64,000 nt of DNA from Antedon mediterranea (taxonomy: Eukaryota > Animalia > Echinodermata), in contig NC_092674.1 of NCBI RefSeq assembly GCF_964355755.1, positions 28,706,001 to 28,770,000 of the forward strand, given 5' to 3'. The translations under genes were made by a program, and so were the position numbers. This document shows, piece after piece, positions 38,846 to 50,365 of this stretch; position 1 is the first letter of the stretch; each line of letters opens with the position of its first letter. The notes beneath the pieces are model-generated. The model worked only from the letters and a program-made list of their open reading frames with translations. It was not told where the DNA came from and did no database searches.

Positions 38846-41800
38846 GATAAGTTTACTAACGATTATCACTATGAGAAATAAAAGAAAACGAGTTTAAACC
38901 AATATGAACTGACAAATTCGGGGGATTTTTTAATATGGACGTCAAAATAAAAACAACAACAATAAAGTGCCCCCTCTATTGTCATCAGGCAGATAAGTTT
39001 TGTTGCATTTTTTTTTCTGATCCTGTACTGAACCTAACATACAAAACGCTTGTATTGTAGTGTAGTATTAGAAGATTTACGTATTATTATACGTCTTAAT
39101 AAGGCAACGTATTTTACGTATTTATTTTTCAAGCATTTGAGTTTTTTAACCGATCGCAACCTAACATAATCTTGTGTCTAAAAAATAAATTAGGCGGCAC
39201 TGACTTAACTGGCTAGTTAAGCAAAGGAAATGAAATACAAATTAATTAAAATACCTTTTCAATTAACCGTGGTATCATTTCTACTACTGTCTTGTGTCCA
39301 GTGCCCGGATGTTGTCATGTGAATGTTCCTGTAGATGATGATGTCGATCACATGAAACTAAACAATGTGACGATGCGCTATATCGCATAATTAATTGTAT
39401 TGGAATCTAGATATACAGCAGACAGTGCTATGTTTATACGGCCTTGCAGTAAGTATCTTGGTTGCGCATACATTTCCATTTTGCTGGTAGTGCTATAATT
39501 TGCAATCAGATTAAATATAAAGTGAATATTAATGACAACGAATTCACCGGACACAGTAAACCTAAAAACCACGTGGTATACTATACATACGTCACACGCT
39601 TGTACGAATTCTTGAACTTGATTGGTTGAAAGTTATATGACGCGTGCGTGGTTAATTATAGGAGGCGTATTTGTAGTACGTCGTAGCAAAACGAGACCCG
39701 CATCCTAGTATAGCCTCCATTATATTCGTATTTTCATTTTTATTTCATTTCATTTATTTCAAATATCGTCATCGCAGCCAAAGCTGAATTACAAGGATAT
39801 TTACATATTCTAAATATAAAAATTTGTATAAAAGTATAAAATAAAAGTATTTGTAGGCCTACTGTTTGTAGAACACTATAATATTAAACAGCTATTCGCT
39901 ATATCTTATAATAAGTTATATACTATTAAATTATTTATATATTATATAGTAGGGTACCGGTACATTTTTTCTTTATCGTTTCAAATCATCAAATCGTTTT
40001 AAATTGTTATTATATCACCGGGCGGTTTAGTATCCATGTTCTGTGCCTGTTGTGTTTATATTAGAAGGGAATATGTATTTTAATGTTTGTAATTTCAGGA
40101 ATTGCGGGGTTATGAAATAAGAAATACTCCGGTGTCATTAGTAAAAACAACGTTACTGTGAATTAAAATACAATAAAACAATTTATAAAAAATGCCATAA
40201 AAATCACGATTATTGTTCCGATCGGGCTGAAACTTGAGTAAAGTAATCCTGTTATGAGATACATTTTGAAACCCGCTTTGTACTCGCTATAGTCATTAGA
40301 ATTTGGAATTTGGTACACACTTGTATAACGTACTTGTAATTGAATTCTAAGCCAATCAAAATGCTTATACACAGAATGCCAACATTTAAATATCAAATGC
40401 ACCTGCGCATTCACAGGGATTCTCCAATTCACATTATTTTATTCCGAAGAGGGGAAACTTGGTGGAAAAAATAGCGACAAAAGTAGGCCTATAAGGTGAG
40501 TGATATATGAACACTGGCTTAACTAAAATAAAGAGTAGGCCTGCCTATAGTTAAAATGTTATCAGTGTGAATTAAGATATGTTCATATCTTTTGTCTTGC
40601 AATATTACGTAATTGTGAGTCTAAAACTGTATAGGCCTATCATACTCCAGAGGTATCATATCCTGGTACTGTTTTTTTATATTCGGCAATTAGTGTTGTG
40701 GTATACCGTAGTGTTTTTGTGTCTGTACGTTAGATGTTGCCCTATTACGTCATCATTGTTTATACTACAGATTAGATTTTTCTTCGTTTTTTGTTTTTCC
40801 AGATATTTGGTTTTTTCTCAACTCAACAATAAATTTCTTATTTTTTTCAACGACATTCTTCGTTCGCGCTTTACTTTTTAAATGTTTTGGCTATAGGCCT
40901 AAAAACATTTTATTTGGATTTCGCTACAACAAACAGTAACAACAATCTTCGATTTTGAGACGCGTTTTTAGACCATGAATTTTGGAAACAATTTTCTTCA
41001 ACTTCCAACGTAGCAACAGTACAACATTGTAACAACGAAGATCATCATATTGAACGCGGGTGCATTATTTTGGCCCTGCACAACCGGTCTGAGTGACCGT
41101 TTTACGTCATGGAATATAACATCGACGTTTTTCGATCAATCAAATCTTCGTGTCTCATTTTGTTTTCTACGCACTTTGTTGTTCTTTTTTTTGGTACGAC
41201 GGTAAAGTTATTTAATTTGTCATCTGGTAAGTTTTTGAGTAGAAATGATTGTGTCGGTGATGACACCGGGTAGAAGTATGCTACTAGTAGTTCTACTTCT
41301 GTCAGTTGGCCGATGTTTTTAGTTTGGATGGGGGTTTTCCTCCCAGAACTTCGGTTTTCCCTACTATACTTAAATTTATGCGTTAAAAAAGAGGAGGATA
41401 AACGTGGCCTTCACGCGGCCTTTCTTGTAAGTACCAGCTTCAACTGGGAAACCAACACCTTTACATTTCTTGAAAGGGCTATTTTGTCAGGGCAGTGCCA
41501 CAGAAGGTGTACAACTAAACAACGTTTTAATGGTTAAATGGTTTTAAATTTGTATAGCGCAAAATAAATCTCAATGCTTTTATATATCTGTTTTCAAATC
41601 GATACGATTTATTCTACTTACAATCACAGATAACATTCTAAGTGACATTATATACATATTAGTAATATCGTCTATGTTATGCGTAGCTTCAACTATCAAC
41701 TGCTTATCTATCCGTCCATAATTCACTAGGCTATAATTATGTATCGTCTTGTTTGGCGTCTGTTTATACATGAACAACATAAAAGGGTAAATAACGTATT

Positions 41801-42670
41801 TATATTTGCATAAAATATGAGAATGTTAATATTTTGCATTGACGGCATAATAATATTATTACACAGCAATTATTATTATAATATAATCATTTAAAATAAT
41901 ATCTACAAAATAGTTTCTAATGCGAATGTTTATATATAATGAAGTTTGTGAAGAATAGGCAAAAGCTTGGTTTCCACAAGACGCAAAGCAATGACGTAGG
42001 CGCACCGCAAGTGAGTGGACCAATCACAAGTGATGGATCATCCGAACTGTCGCTTGCGATTGGTCAACTCATTGCAAGCTATATTTCTTAAACATTAAGT
42101 CAAAATGGAGACACTAATAGCATTGAGATCCATAATAAATAATCTTCCCAAATAAGGGCAGGGTGAACAGAGGAGATTATATTTTGTCAACATTTATGTT
42201 AAAAACCGAGAAAATATATAATTGGCGCCTTATTTATGTGGTTATTTTAGTATTTTATTTATTATATTTAATTGTAATTTAAATAAATATATAAATAAAT
42301 ATTTTATAGCTTAAATACTTATATATGTACTTAACTATCTTATTGAATGCCCTTCAATAGATGAAATAAATGAAAAATAAATTATACAATTATGATCTAA
42401 ATCATGGCAGTGTGTCAATTTTGGACTAAATTCAACCCTTGTCGATGGTTTGAATCCCTACAACACTCTTTTAAAGCAAAGCATTTTGTAATTTCATTGC
42501 TCATACTGTATACAATATGCCAGTATGATGTGAGTTAGTAATGAATTAAACACATTTAGTTATTAGAATAAGAATTACAAGGGTACCAGTAAATTATCAC
42601 GACTACAAATTGACACCAATACATAAACATTAGAATATTAAACAACCGCAAACAATTTCACTAAACTTAA

Positions 42671-42823
42671 AGCTCTGTCACACAAACTTTGTGACAAAAA
42701 ATGTGATGTGCCCATATATGGACATGATTATATCATAGGAGTGCCATATTTAGGTACATCACTACCATATTTGGGCACATAACATTTTTTTGGTCAAACT
42801 AGTTTGATAGTGTAGACAGAGCT
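42671..42823. mobile_element. Family-A MITE
   Basis: AGCTCTGTCA...TGATAGTGTAGACAGAGCT. Confidence 0.8.
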
Positions 42824-42925
42824 TTAAGCTCTTTGTATAATTAACTGTATTTTGAACTCTCCACATTAAAAATATAAATATATTGACTATGATATTTAGT
42901 AAGAATAGAGCTATTCTGACTGATA

Positions 42926-43162
42926 CAGTAGAACCTCTATTAAGGGACACCTTCTGAACCAAAGAAACGTTCCCCTTTAATACTAATAGAGGAGTCTCCT
43001 AAATATGGGTTGACCCTAGTGTTATATTGTTGATTTCACGGGAAAATGTTCCCTAAATAGGAGGTCCACTAAATATGGGTTGACCATAGTGTTGTGTTTC
43101 CTCTAGTTGATTTCACAGGAAAATGTCCCCTTAATAAGGGTGCCAAAAGAGGAGCTCTACTG
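42926..43162. mobile_element. Tc1/pogo (Tigger-like) MITE with internal duplication
   Basis: TA-CAGTAGAACCTCT...AGGAGCTCTACTG-TA; CTAAATATGGGTTGACC.TAGTGTT occurs twice inside. Confidence 0.7.
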
Positions 43163-43327
43163 TATAGGAGCATTAGTAAGAATTTCAAAGATTTAGATGG
43201 TGGACTTAAACCTTAATCAGTTTCTATAAACCTTAATTAACACACAAATTATTACCCAACACGCACTTAATCTATGTTTGGTTTATTTAACATAATTTAA
43301 CATTTTGAGTATCTTTCTTATAGCACA

Positions 43328-46300
43328 TTATTTTGATTTTTTAGGGCTGTCAGGGAAGGTAGCAGCAACGGGTGTTAGATTGGTCAGAAGGATGTGGCGA
43401 TCGTATTGCTTACTCTTGCGGAACAAAACGTCAGTGCCGTGTAGACGATCCAAGATTCCTAGCGTGCCAAAGCAATTGGTGAATCTGTAAATAACATAAT
43501 ATTCAAATAAATGTACGCATTCAACACGAGAAACTTGACAATTACAGGAATCGATAAACTGTAAATAAATAATTTTATCATGCTTATTGATGATTGGGGA
43601 ATGGAGTAGAAAGAACACTAGGGATTGAACCCTGACACTAGGCCAGGATTGAACCCTGACACTAGGCCAGGATTGAACTCTGACACTAGGCCGGGATTGA
43701 ACTCTGACACTAGGCCGGGATTGAACCCTGGACATTGGAATTGGAAGGCAAGCACCAAGATACATTAATGTATACATAATATGTAGAATGGAAATGCATG
43801 TCTTTTTGTGGCAAACACTTTAAACCAATCAATTAAAATAAATATTAGTAGGATGCCTTCAGGTTTTTAACCAAGTATTTCACTCATAATCATCTTTATT
43901 ATTAAAGTAGTGTATTAGTGCAATTATTATTTTTCATTATAAAAAACTTTACTTATCGCTACCAGAACATACTTTAAATGATGGAAGTCGTGAGCTTCTG
44001 GCGATGGGAAAAACGGCAAATGGTATCCACAGTGAGCATTGACCGCTGACGAGATGACCATAATAAACCACATCCATATAGTAGCAATGTGGGATCCCAT
44101 GATGATAGGTCCAAGAGATGATGGAAGAAGGCTTGATACAATATGCTCAACGGGATGAGCATAGATAGCGGTCAGTCCAATTGGTGATGTCCATTCATGG
44201 TGGAGTTTGTGTACATGCTTGTAGATTAAGGGATGGTGCAAAAGTCTGTAATACAATTTTAGATTTTTATAATGTTGATAATATAATACTGTCTCATATT
44301 CATTACTAAAGCTCTGTCAAACTTTGTGACAAAAAAAATGTGATGTCCATATATGGACATTATGATGTCATATCACTACCATATTTGGGCACATCGCACT
44401 TTTCTTGTCAAATTAGTTTGATAGTGTAGAAAAATTTGTAGGGATCTTGTCAAAATTATTCTCGTGCAGTTACTGCACTGCAAAATTTTTTACTGCAATA
44501 AAATATTAATTTAGTAGTTTTGAGGCATATGATAAAACTCCTAAAAATTGCTTAAACAGGTTAACCAAAAATGTAGTTACTGAACTGCATTGGAATAATT
44601 TTGATCCCTTCAATTTATATATGTATGATAAAATGGCCTGGTTGTATAAATATTTATAATACAGTAGGCAACACTGTATTGTCCATTATCCAGTTGCAAA
44701 TAAATGTTTGTGAGCTGTAAAATTATTTATGACTTTTGGCTTTACCTGTGCGAGTAATAAAACCCTATCTCTTCAACAATGAGAAACACAGCCAATTCCA
44801 CAAGCACCCATGAGAATGTTGGTAGCTCTCTGACAACACTATTGCACCTCCACTCCATCAACGGCATGCAAGCGAGTGTGAAAAGAGTACTGACTACAAG
44901 TTGGTTAAACAGCACTACTTTCAATGCTTTTATTAGTTGTGGCTTTTTTACCTAAAAAGTATAAAATACAATTAAGATATTATAGTTGATTAAGAAAGTA
45001 TAAAAAATAATCATACTCCTGAACATCATAACAAATTTTTTTTGTACGTGTATCAAAATCGAGCGACTCTGCCATTTGCTAAATATTGCTACAACAAGCG
45101 ACAATCATTGCAGCAATATTTTAACCCAGAGAACCCATAACACCTATTTTAAAATATCTGCATTTGCTCACAATTTTAACAGGGTTTTTAAAAAACAAAA
45201 TATTTTTTTTTGTATACCGGGATATTGTGAGACTCCTGCAATTACTGAGAGAATTCGGAGGTCTGAAACTGTTACTTACTGGAACATTTTTGTCGGCTTG
45301 GATTTTGTAAGATCTCAGGAAGGATGGCCTGCCTGTTATATCCACAAACAGAAAGAAGGCGTTCAGGTACCAAAAGATTACACAAGCTACCACATTAGTT
45401 CCTAAAAAATAATTTAGTGAAAATCAAGAAAAACTTGGTGGATTTAAATTTAGATCTAGATTTAAACAATCATTTTATGGGAAAGCAATACAAATTACAT
45501 TATATGCAATGACAAAATATAAAAACAGTGATTTGGCAAGAAGCCAACAATTGATAAAATTACATCATCATATTTATATAGAAAAACGGATTACACTATT
45601 ATATTGCCCAGCAGATGAATTCCTGTATAGTTTGGCTGCTTGCCAATGTTGTAACTAGCAATTATATAATTGTGACCTTGATGTTGAAAGGTCAATTTGT
45701 AAGAGTTGACTGTAGTTATTTGAGAATCCTATAAACAGAATGATAATATTATGTATTGTACACACTTCAGAGAAACAATTTTGTTTGTGTGAAATGAAAT
45801 ACTCTGTCTACATTATCAAACTTTATGTGACAAAAATGTGATGTGCCCATATATGGGCATGATGATATCACTACCATATTTGAGCATATCACACTTGAAT
45901 ATGGCATTGTTTTTAAGATTAAGGTTTGATGTTCAATTTTTAATTTTTTAAAGACACAAGTTTGTTTCATACCCCAAAAACCTATAATCCATTTATCTCC
46001 TTCAAAGTAATCATACACTTGGGCCCAGAGAGCTTGCCAGAAGTCACCAGATGCTCCCCAGCACCTCTGTAGATGCCATGTCAGTGTGTTTCTGATGGCA
46101 ACAAAGATTATGATAACTCCACCTAAGATAAAAAATGACTTGTGGATGGACTGCTTCACACGACTTTTCTGAAAATGAAAAAAAAACAATTAATAATATG
46201 CAAGTTTTGCTCTGTTATGGTGTCAATTGAATGAAAACATTTATGGTAAAATTGCTAAATATTTTGTGTAATAATACTGTAATAATAAATAAAAACAGTT

Positions 46301-46536
46301 TTAAGTACAAACTATTGAACATAATATTTTTATTTATTCATTTCCTCATTGAAATTAGTGGCAGGAGTATTCATAATTTATATTATTTAATATTTTAGGT
46401 TTCTCATCTGGGTGTCATTCCTTACCTTTGGTTCCTTGGGTTCAAACTCAATATTTTCATCATCCTCTTCTACTGGATGACAACAAGGCTCATTTTCAAC
46501 AAAATGGCACGAATCCTCACTTAGAAGAGATGCCAT
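43328..46536 (-). CDS. FAXDC2: FAXDC2 paralog 2 (acidic N-terminal extension), 6 coding exons
   Basis: Exons 46536-46426, 46168-45973 (TWHLQRCWGASGDFWQ), ~45401-45280, ~44951-44746 (FYYSHR), ~44246-43973 (LLHHP..HKLHHEWTSP..HCGYHLPFFPSPEAHDFHHLK) and ~43484-43328 (GTLGILDRLHGTD); same intron positions as paralog 1. Confidence 0.92.
43617..43757 (-). repeat. 24-bp tandem repeat (x~5) derived from the B box of a tRNA-SINE head
   Basis: Unit CTAGGCC(A/G)GGATTGAAC(C/T)CTGACA; the minus strand reads GGTGCTTGCCTTCCAA...CCAGGGTTCAATCCCGGCC into the array. Confidence 0.8.
44309..44430. mobile_element. Family-A MITE (partial); another partial copy at ~45802-45896
   Basis: Family internal sequence CCATATATGGACAT..ATCACTACCATATTTGGGCACATC. 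Confidence 0.75.
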
Positions 46537-47754
46537 ATCAAAACAGCTGAACAAGAAAACATTGTTGTTTGTACTTTGTAGTTAGGATATAAATTTAATT
46601 TAACTTCCTTATATTTAATTAAATAGGCCTACAATGTATTTAATATAATATAAATAGTAGGCCTATACCTTTATAATATAATATGCCTACAGTAATAATA
46701 TTCACAATTGTATTATTTGGGTGTTTTAAGCACTGATGATACAGGCAATAATTAACATGTTAACATAATCTGTCTTCCATGCCTCCTCCTTCCTTGCTTG
46801 ATTCTCCCTCGGTCGATCGGGCTTGGCATAATTTTAGGCTTGGCTACCTAGAGCCTGGGCCCTATAAGACTACACACAGGCAGGAATTTCAGATAAATAT
46901 ATAGATCCTATACATTAAAACGTTTTCCTATATCACAGTTTATTATTCTTACCTTCACAATCGTCCTAGGCCCAGTATTTTTTTTAAATGTAGACCCCCC
47001 AGTTACGACGAAAACGAAATCGCAATTGTATCTCGTGAGTCACTGACGCATGAAAAATAAACAATGAATTGCTAGCTGTTATATAAAATTGGATAGCGCC
47101 ACCTACAATTATAAGTAGCTTTAAAACGTAATCAAGAGTTGATTACAGAAAAGCTATTATAAATTGCCTATTGGTTTCTGTTCACGTCATTGTCACCATG
47201 GCATCATCTGCGTCTTGTGGAATTTGCACGTGAATTCATTAAAATAAAATAATCGTGTACATTATGTTAAAATAAATTATGGTTTAGTTGATGGTTTGAT
47301 CAAATTTGTAGAGTAAATTAGATGATATTAGGATCAAAGTTTTTTTCTTTTTCCCTTTACTCCATCTTAAAAAATAAAACTACATAAATAATTTTTATAA
47401 TTTAATAAATCTAAATAAAAAGTAGGCCTAATCTCGAAAAACCAAGCCTGGGCTTCTTTTGATGATTATTATATGATTAGCTTACATTTGGCAAAACAGT
47501 GATCCGATTGTATTCACGATAGTATATGGGCTGCTTCATTTCGAGATATAGTGTGAATGCCAATTAAGAATTCGCTTGAATATTGTCGTGTTATATCAAT
47601 AATCATGACCTCCTAACTCAAACCAAGCCTAGGCCTAATTTATTCTACAATGTATTGTTTTTCATGGTACCTTGATTGCATGTTGTTGTTCTACCTATTT
47701 CAGTGTGACTGTCTCAAATCATGGTATTTCAATGTAGCGGCAGCATTGTCTATA

Positions 47755-47999
47755 AAAGTGTCTTGGTGGTTATGATGCTTGGCTACCACTCCAAGGATCC
47801 TGGGTTCAAGTCCTGTCACATGTTAGGATTTTGTCTATAGACAAAATTACAACTCCATTCCCAAAGACTTGTAATAAGACTTTCATGTAGAGCATCTTGT
47901 GTATATGTTTGTCTTGTGAACCTCTTTGAGGGTCCCTAATGATCAGCAATCAGCTGGATGGATCACCCTCATTCAATATAGTAAAAAAAAAAAAAAAAA
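47755..47999 (+). mobile_element. tRNA-derived SINE with poly(A) tail
   Basis: TGTCTTGGTGGTTATG (A-box-like), CTGGGTTCAAGTCC (B box), 3' end AATATAGT followed by a run of A at 47983-47999. Confidence 0.7.
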
Positions 48000-48108
48000 G
48001 CCCATGCGGGCTACGATTCGATGTTTGGTAAATGTGTAACCAGTTTTTTTGCCTTTTAGATTATTATATTTATAATTTAGACCCGGTCCCCATATCTTTT
48101 ATCTCGAG

Positions 48109-48161
48109 GAGAGAGAGAGAGAGAGAGAGAGGGGAGGGGGGGGGGGAGAGAGAGAGAGAGA
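48109..48161 (+). repeat. (GA)n / G-run microsatellite
   Basis: Directly visible. Confidence 0.95.
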
Positions 48162-49457
48162 GCAACCGGGCTTTGATTAAGAGGCAAACCAAATTTTACA
48201 AAACTTATAAGTTACATTGGACCTCCAGTTCACTGGTCTAAAACTATGGGATAATGTACTACCAGTTCCCCCGTCGTCAAAAGAAGAGTTTAAACGACAC
48301 CTCTAATGTTAATTTGCTTTAACAGTTTTTTGGTACTCTAAAAACTAGTGAGTCATTACATTTTTGTCCTGTTTCCGGTTACCGTGTTGTCCTGTTTTCT
48401 TTTTTAGTTTTATGGGTTGCCCCACACACATGGAGGTATACCTTCATGCCTCACTCACACAAGCTTTTGCTTTTGGGATTTTTTCCCCACTTAGTTTAAT
48501 CAATGATTATGCCTAAACCTTATAAATAGAAATAATGTTACTTTAATTGATTGAGAGTTTGAGACTGATTTTACTGTTCTTAGCTCTCCCACATAACTAA
48601 TTGCTGTGGACGTAAAGTGAATTGCAGTTTCAATCGGTTTCCAAAAAATGTTCTAACATACATTTTAGATGGAGTCGAGATTTGGAAACAAGGGGAGGAG
48701 GTGGAAAAGGGAGAGAATGATAAGAAGAGGAGAGATCGGAGAATAAATAGATCGGAGATTATAGATCTATAGAGGGCGACATTTCTGCATCATGAAAATT
48801 TACAAAGATGGTGATTTGATCGCTAGAAGTTAAGAGGAAGCAAAGCAAATACACAAGGTAAATTGTCATCTTTAACTGACCTTATATGTAATTAAGTATA
48901 TTTGTAGTATTACAGTGACAATATAAAAGAGTATATGCTTCGAAAAGATCAATTTCGTTGTTATTTGAAAGAAAAATACTAACATTAATGTGAGACACCA
49001 TGTTGTTTTCCATTCCGGCCGATTTGGGCAGCCAATGTTGTCGCGCTGGAAAGGCCTGGGGGTTGGCAGCCTAGCTTACCTTCCTGCACATCATGAGCCG
49101 TAAGCGGCTGGCCTACTACAGTAGTACTTAGCCTAAGCCTGAATGATAGTGTTATTTTAGCCTATTTATTTTCAAGGAACGTATCGCATACATTATTTCC
49201 AACTTTTTAACTGTACTAATACTAAAACAGGTTTTAAACAAAATAATTTATGAATATGATGGGCCTCAATCAACTCAGTCAGGGATAGCCTACTACTACA
49301 GTACAATAATCTACAGACAGCAGAGAGACAGTGGTACAGTGTACTACTACTAGGCCTAGGCCTCCTACTTACACTACTATCTAGCCTATGCCTAATGATT
49401 AATAGTAACTAAAAAATATGCCTACTATATTGTACATTAATGAAGGCCTAGTTAGGT

Positions 49458-49677
49458 CTAGCCTAGGCTTGTTGTATTGAAAACCTAGCTAGACCTAGGC
49501 CTAGTCTGATTTTATACAGTATGTTTTGTAGTAATGTTAAGTTTTGACTACAAATTGTGAATGCAACTAGCCTAGGCTTGTTGTATTGAAAACCTAGCTA
49601 GACCTAGGCCTAGTCTGATTTTTATACAGTATGTTTTGTAGTTATGTTAAGTTTTGACTACAAATTGTGAATGCAAC
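49458..49677 (+). repeat. Recent direct tandem duplication of ~110 bp
   Basis: CTAGCCTAGGCTTGTTGTATTGAAAACC...TTGTGAATGCAA occurs twice, nearly identical. Confidence 0.92.
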
Positions 49678-50365
49678 ATGTTGGAGCATTATATACCATT
49701 ATTATTATTATTATTTTATAAGTGGATCAATTGGATCTACACTCAAGATAATATTTTTGTAAATCTTTTGTAAATCAAGTCTTTTAGAAACCCATTTTAA
49801 AATATTATAAAAATGTTTTTCTCCAGTCATTTTTTAAATCATTCCTGTACATTTCTTATTGTTAAGATTAGAATTAAGAATCCAAATAACCATTGACAGC
49901 GAATATCTTTAAAGATACAGCAACTGTTTGATTAAACTCATTCAACAGTAACTTTATTCACTGCTCTAAATATAGATGTAACACAATACCAAAGTTTTAC
50001 AGTTACTTAACAAAGGCCTTCGTTTAACCTTACTGTAGCTGCTATCTACTGTTATTCTTCAGTCAACCAAGTCATTAAATGATGTTTTGTTTTTGTATTT
50101 CTTGCTTAGAAAGACCACATACTTTTTTGCTTTTATGTGACATAAAAATGCAACTTTATTGTTTAATATTTCAAATTATGTTCTGGTAAACACATTGTAG
50201 GTTCAAATCATATGTTGGACAATTAGGTATACACAACGCGCTGAATAAGGTTATGTTTTAAGCACTAACACTGTACTAAGCAGAGGATGGGGAGATGCTC
50301 TCCCCACACACCTTTTTTAAACTGCCTGAATTAAGAGTAAAAGTAATTTTTTTTCATTTACAGAA

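Noticed and set aside
43328-43777. RVQSRPSV peptide repeat as part of FAXDC2
   Set aside because: The repeat is intronic; the last exon starts at an acceptor near 43484
47755-47820. tRNA gene candidates (also 17050-17110, 53150-53225, 56640-56705, 13945-13980)
   Set aside because: A/B boxes are present but no complete cloverleaf or acceptor stem is evident; most continue into SINE bodies
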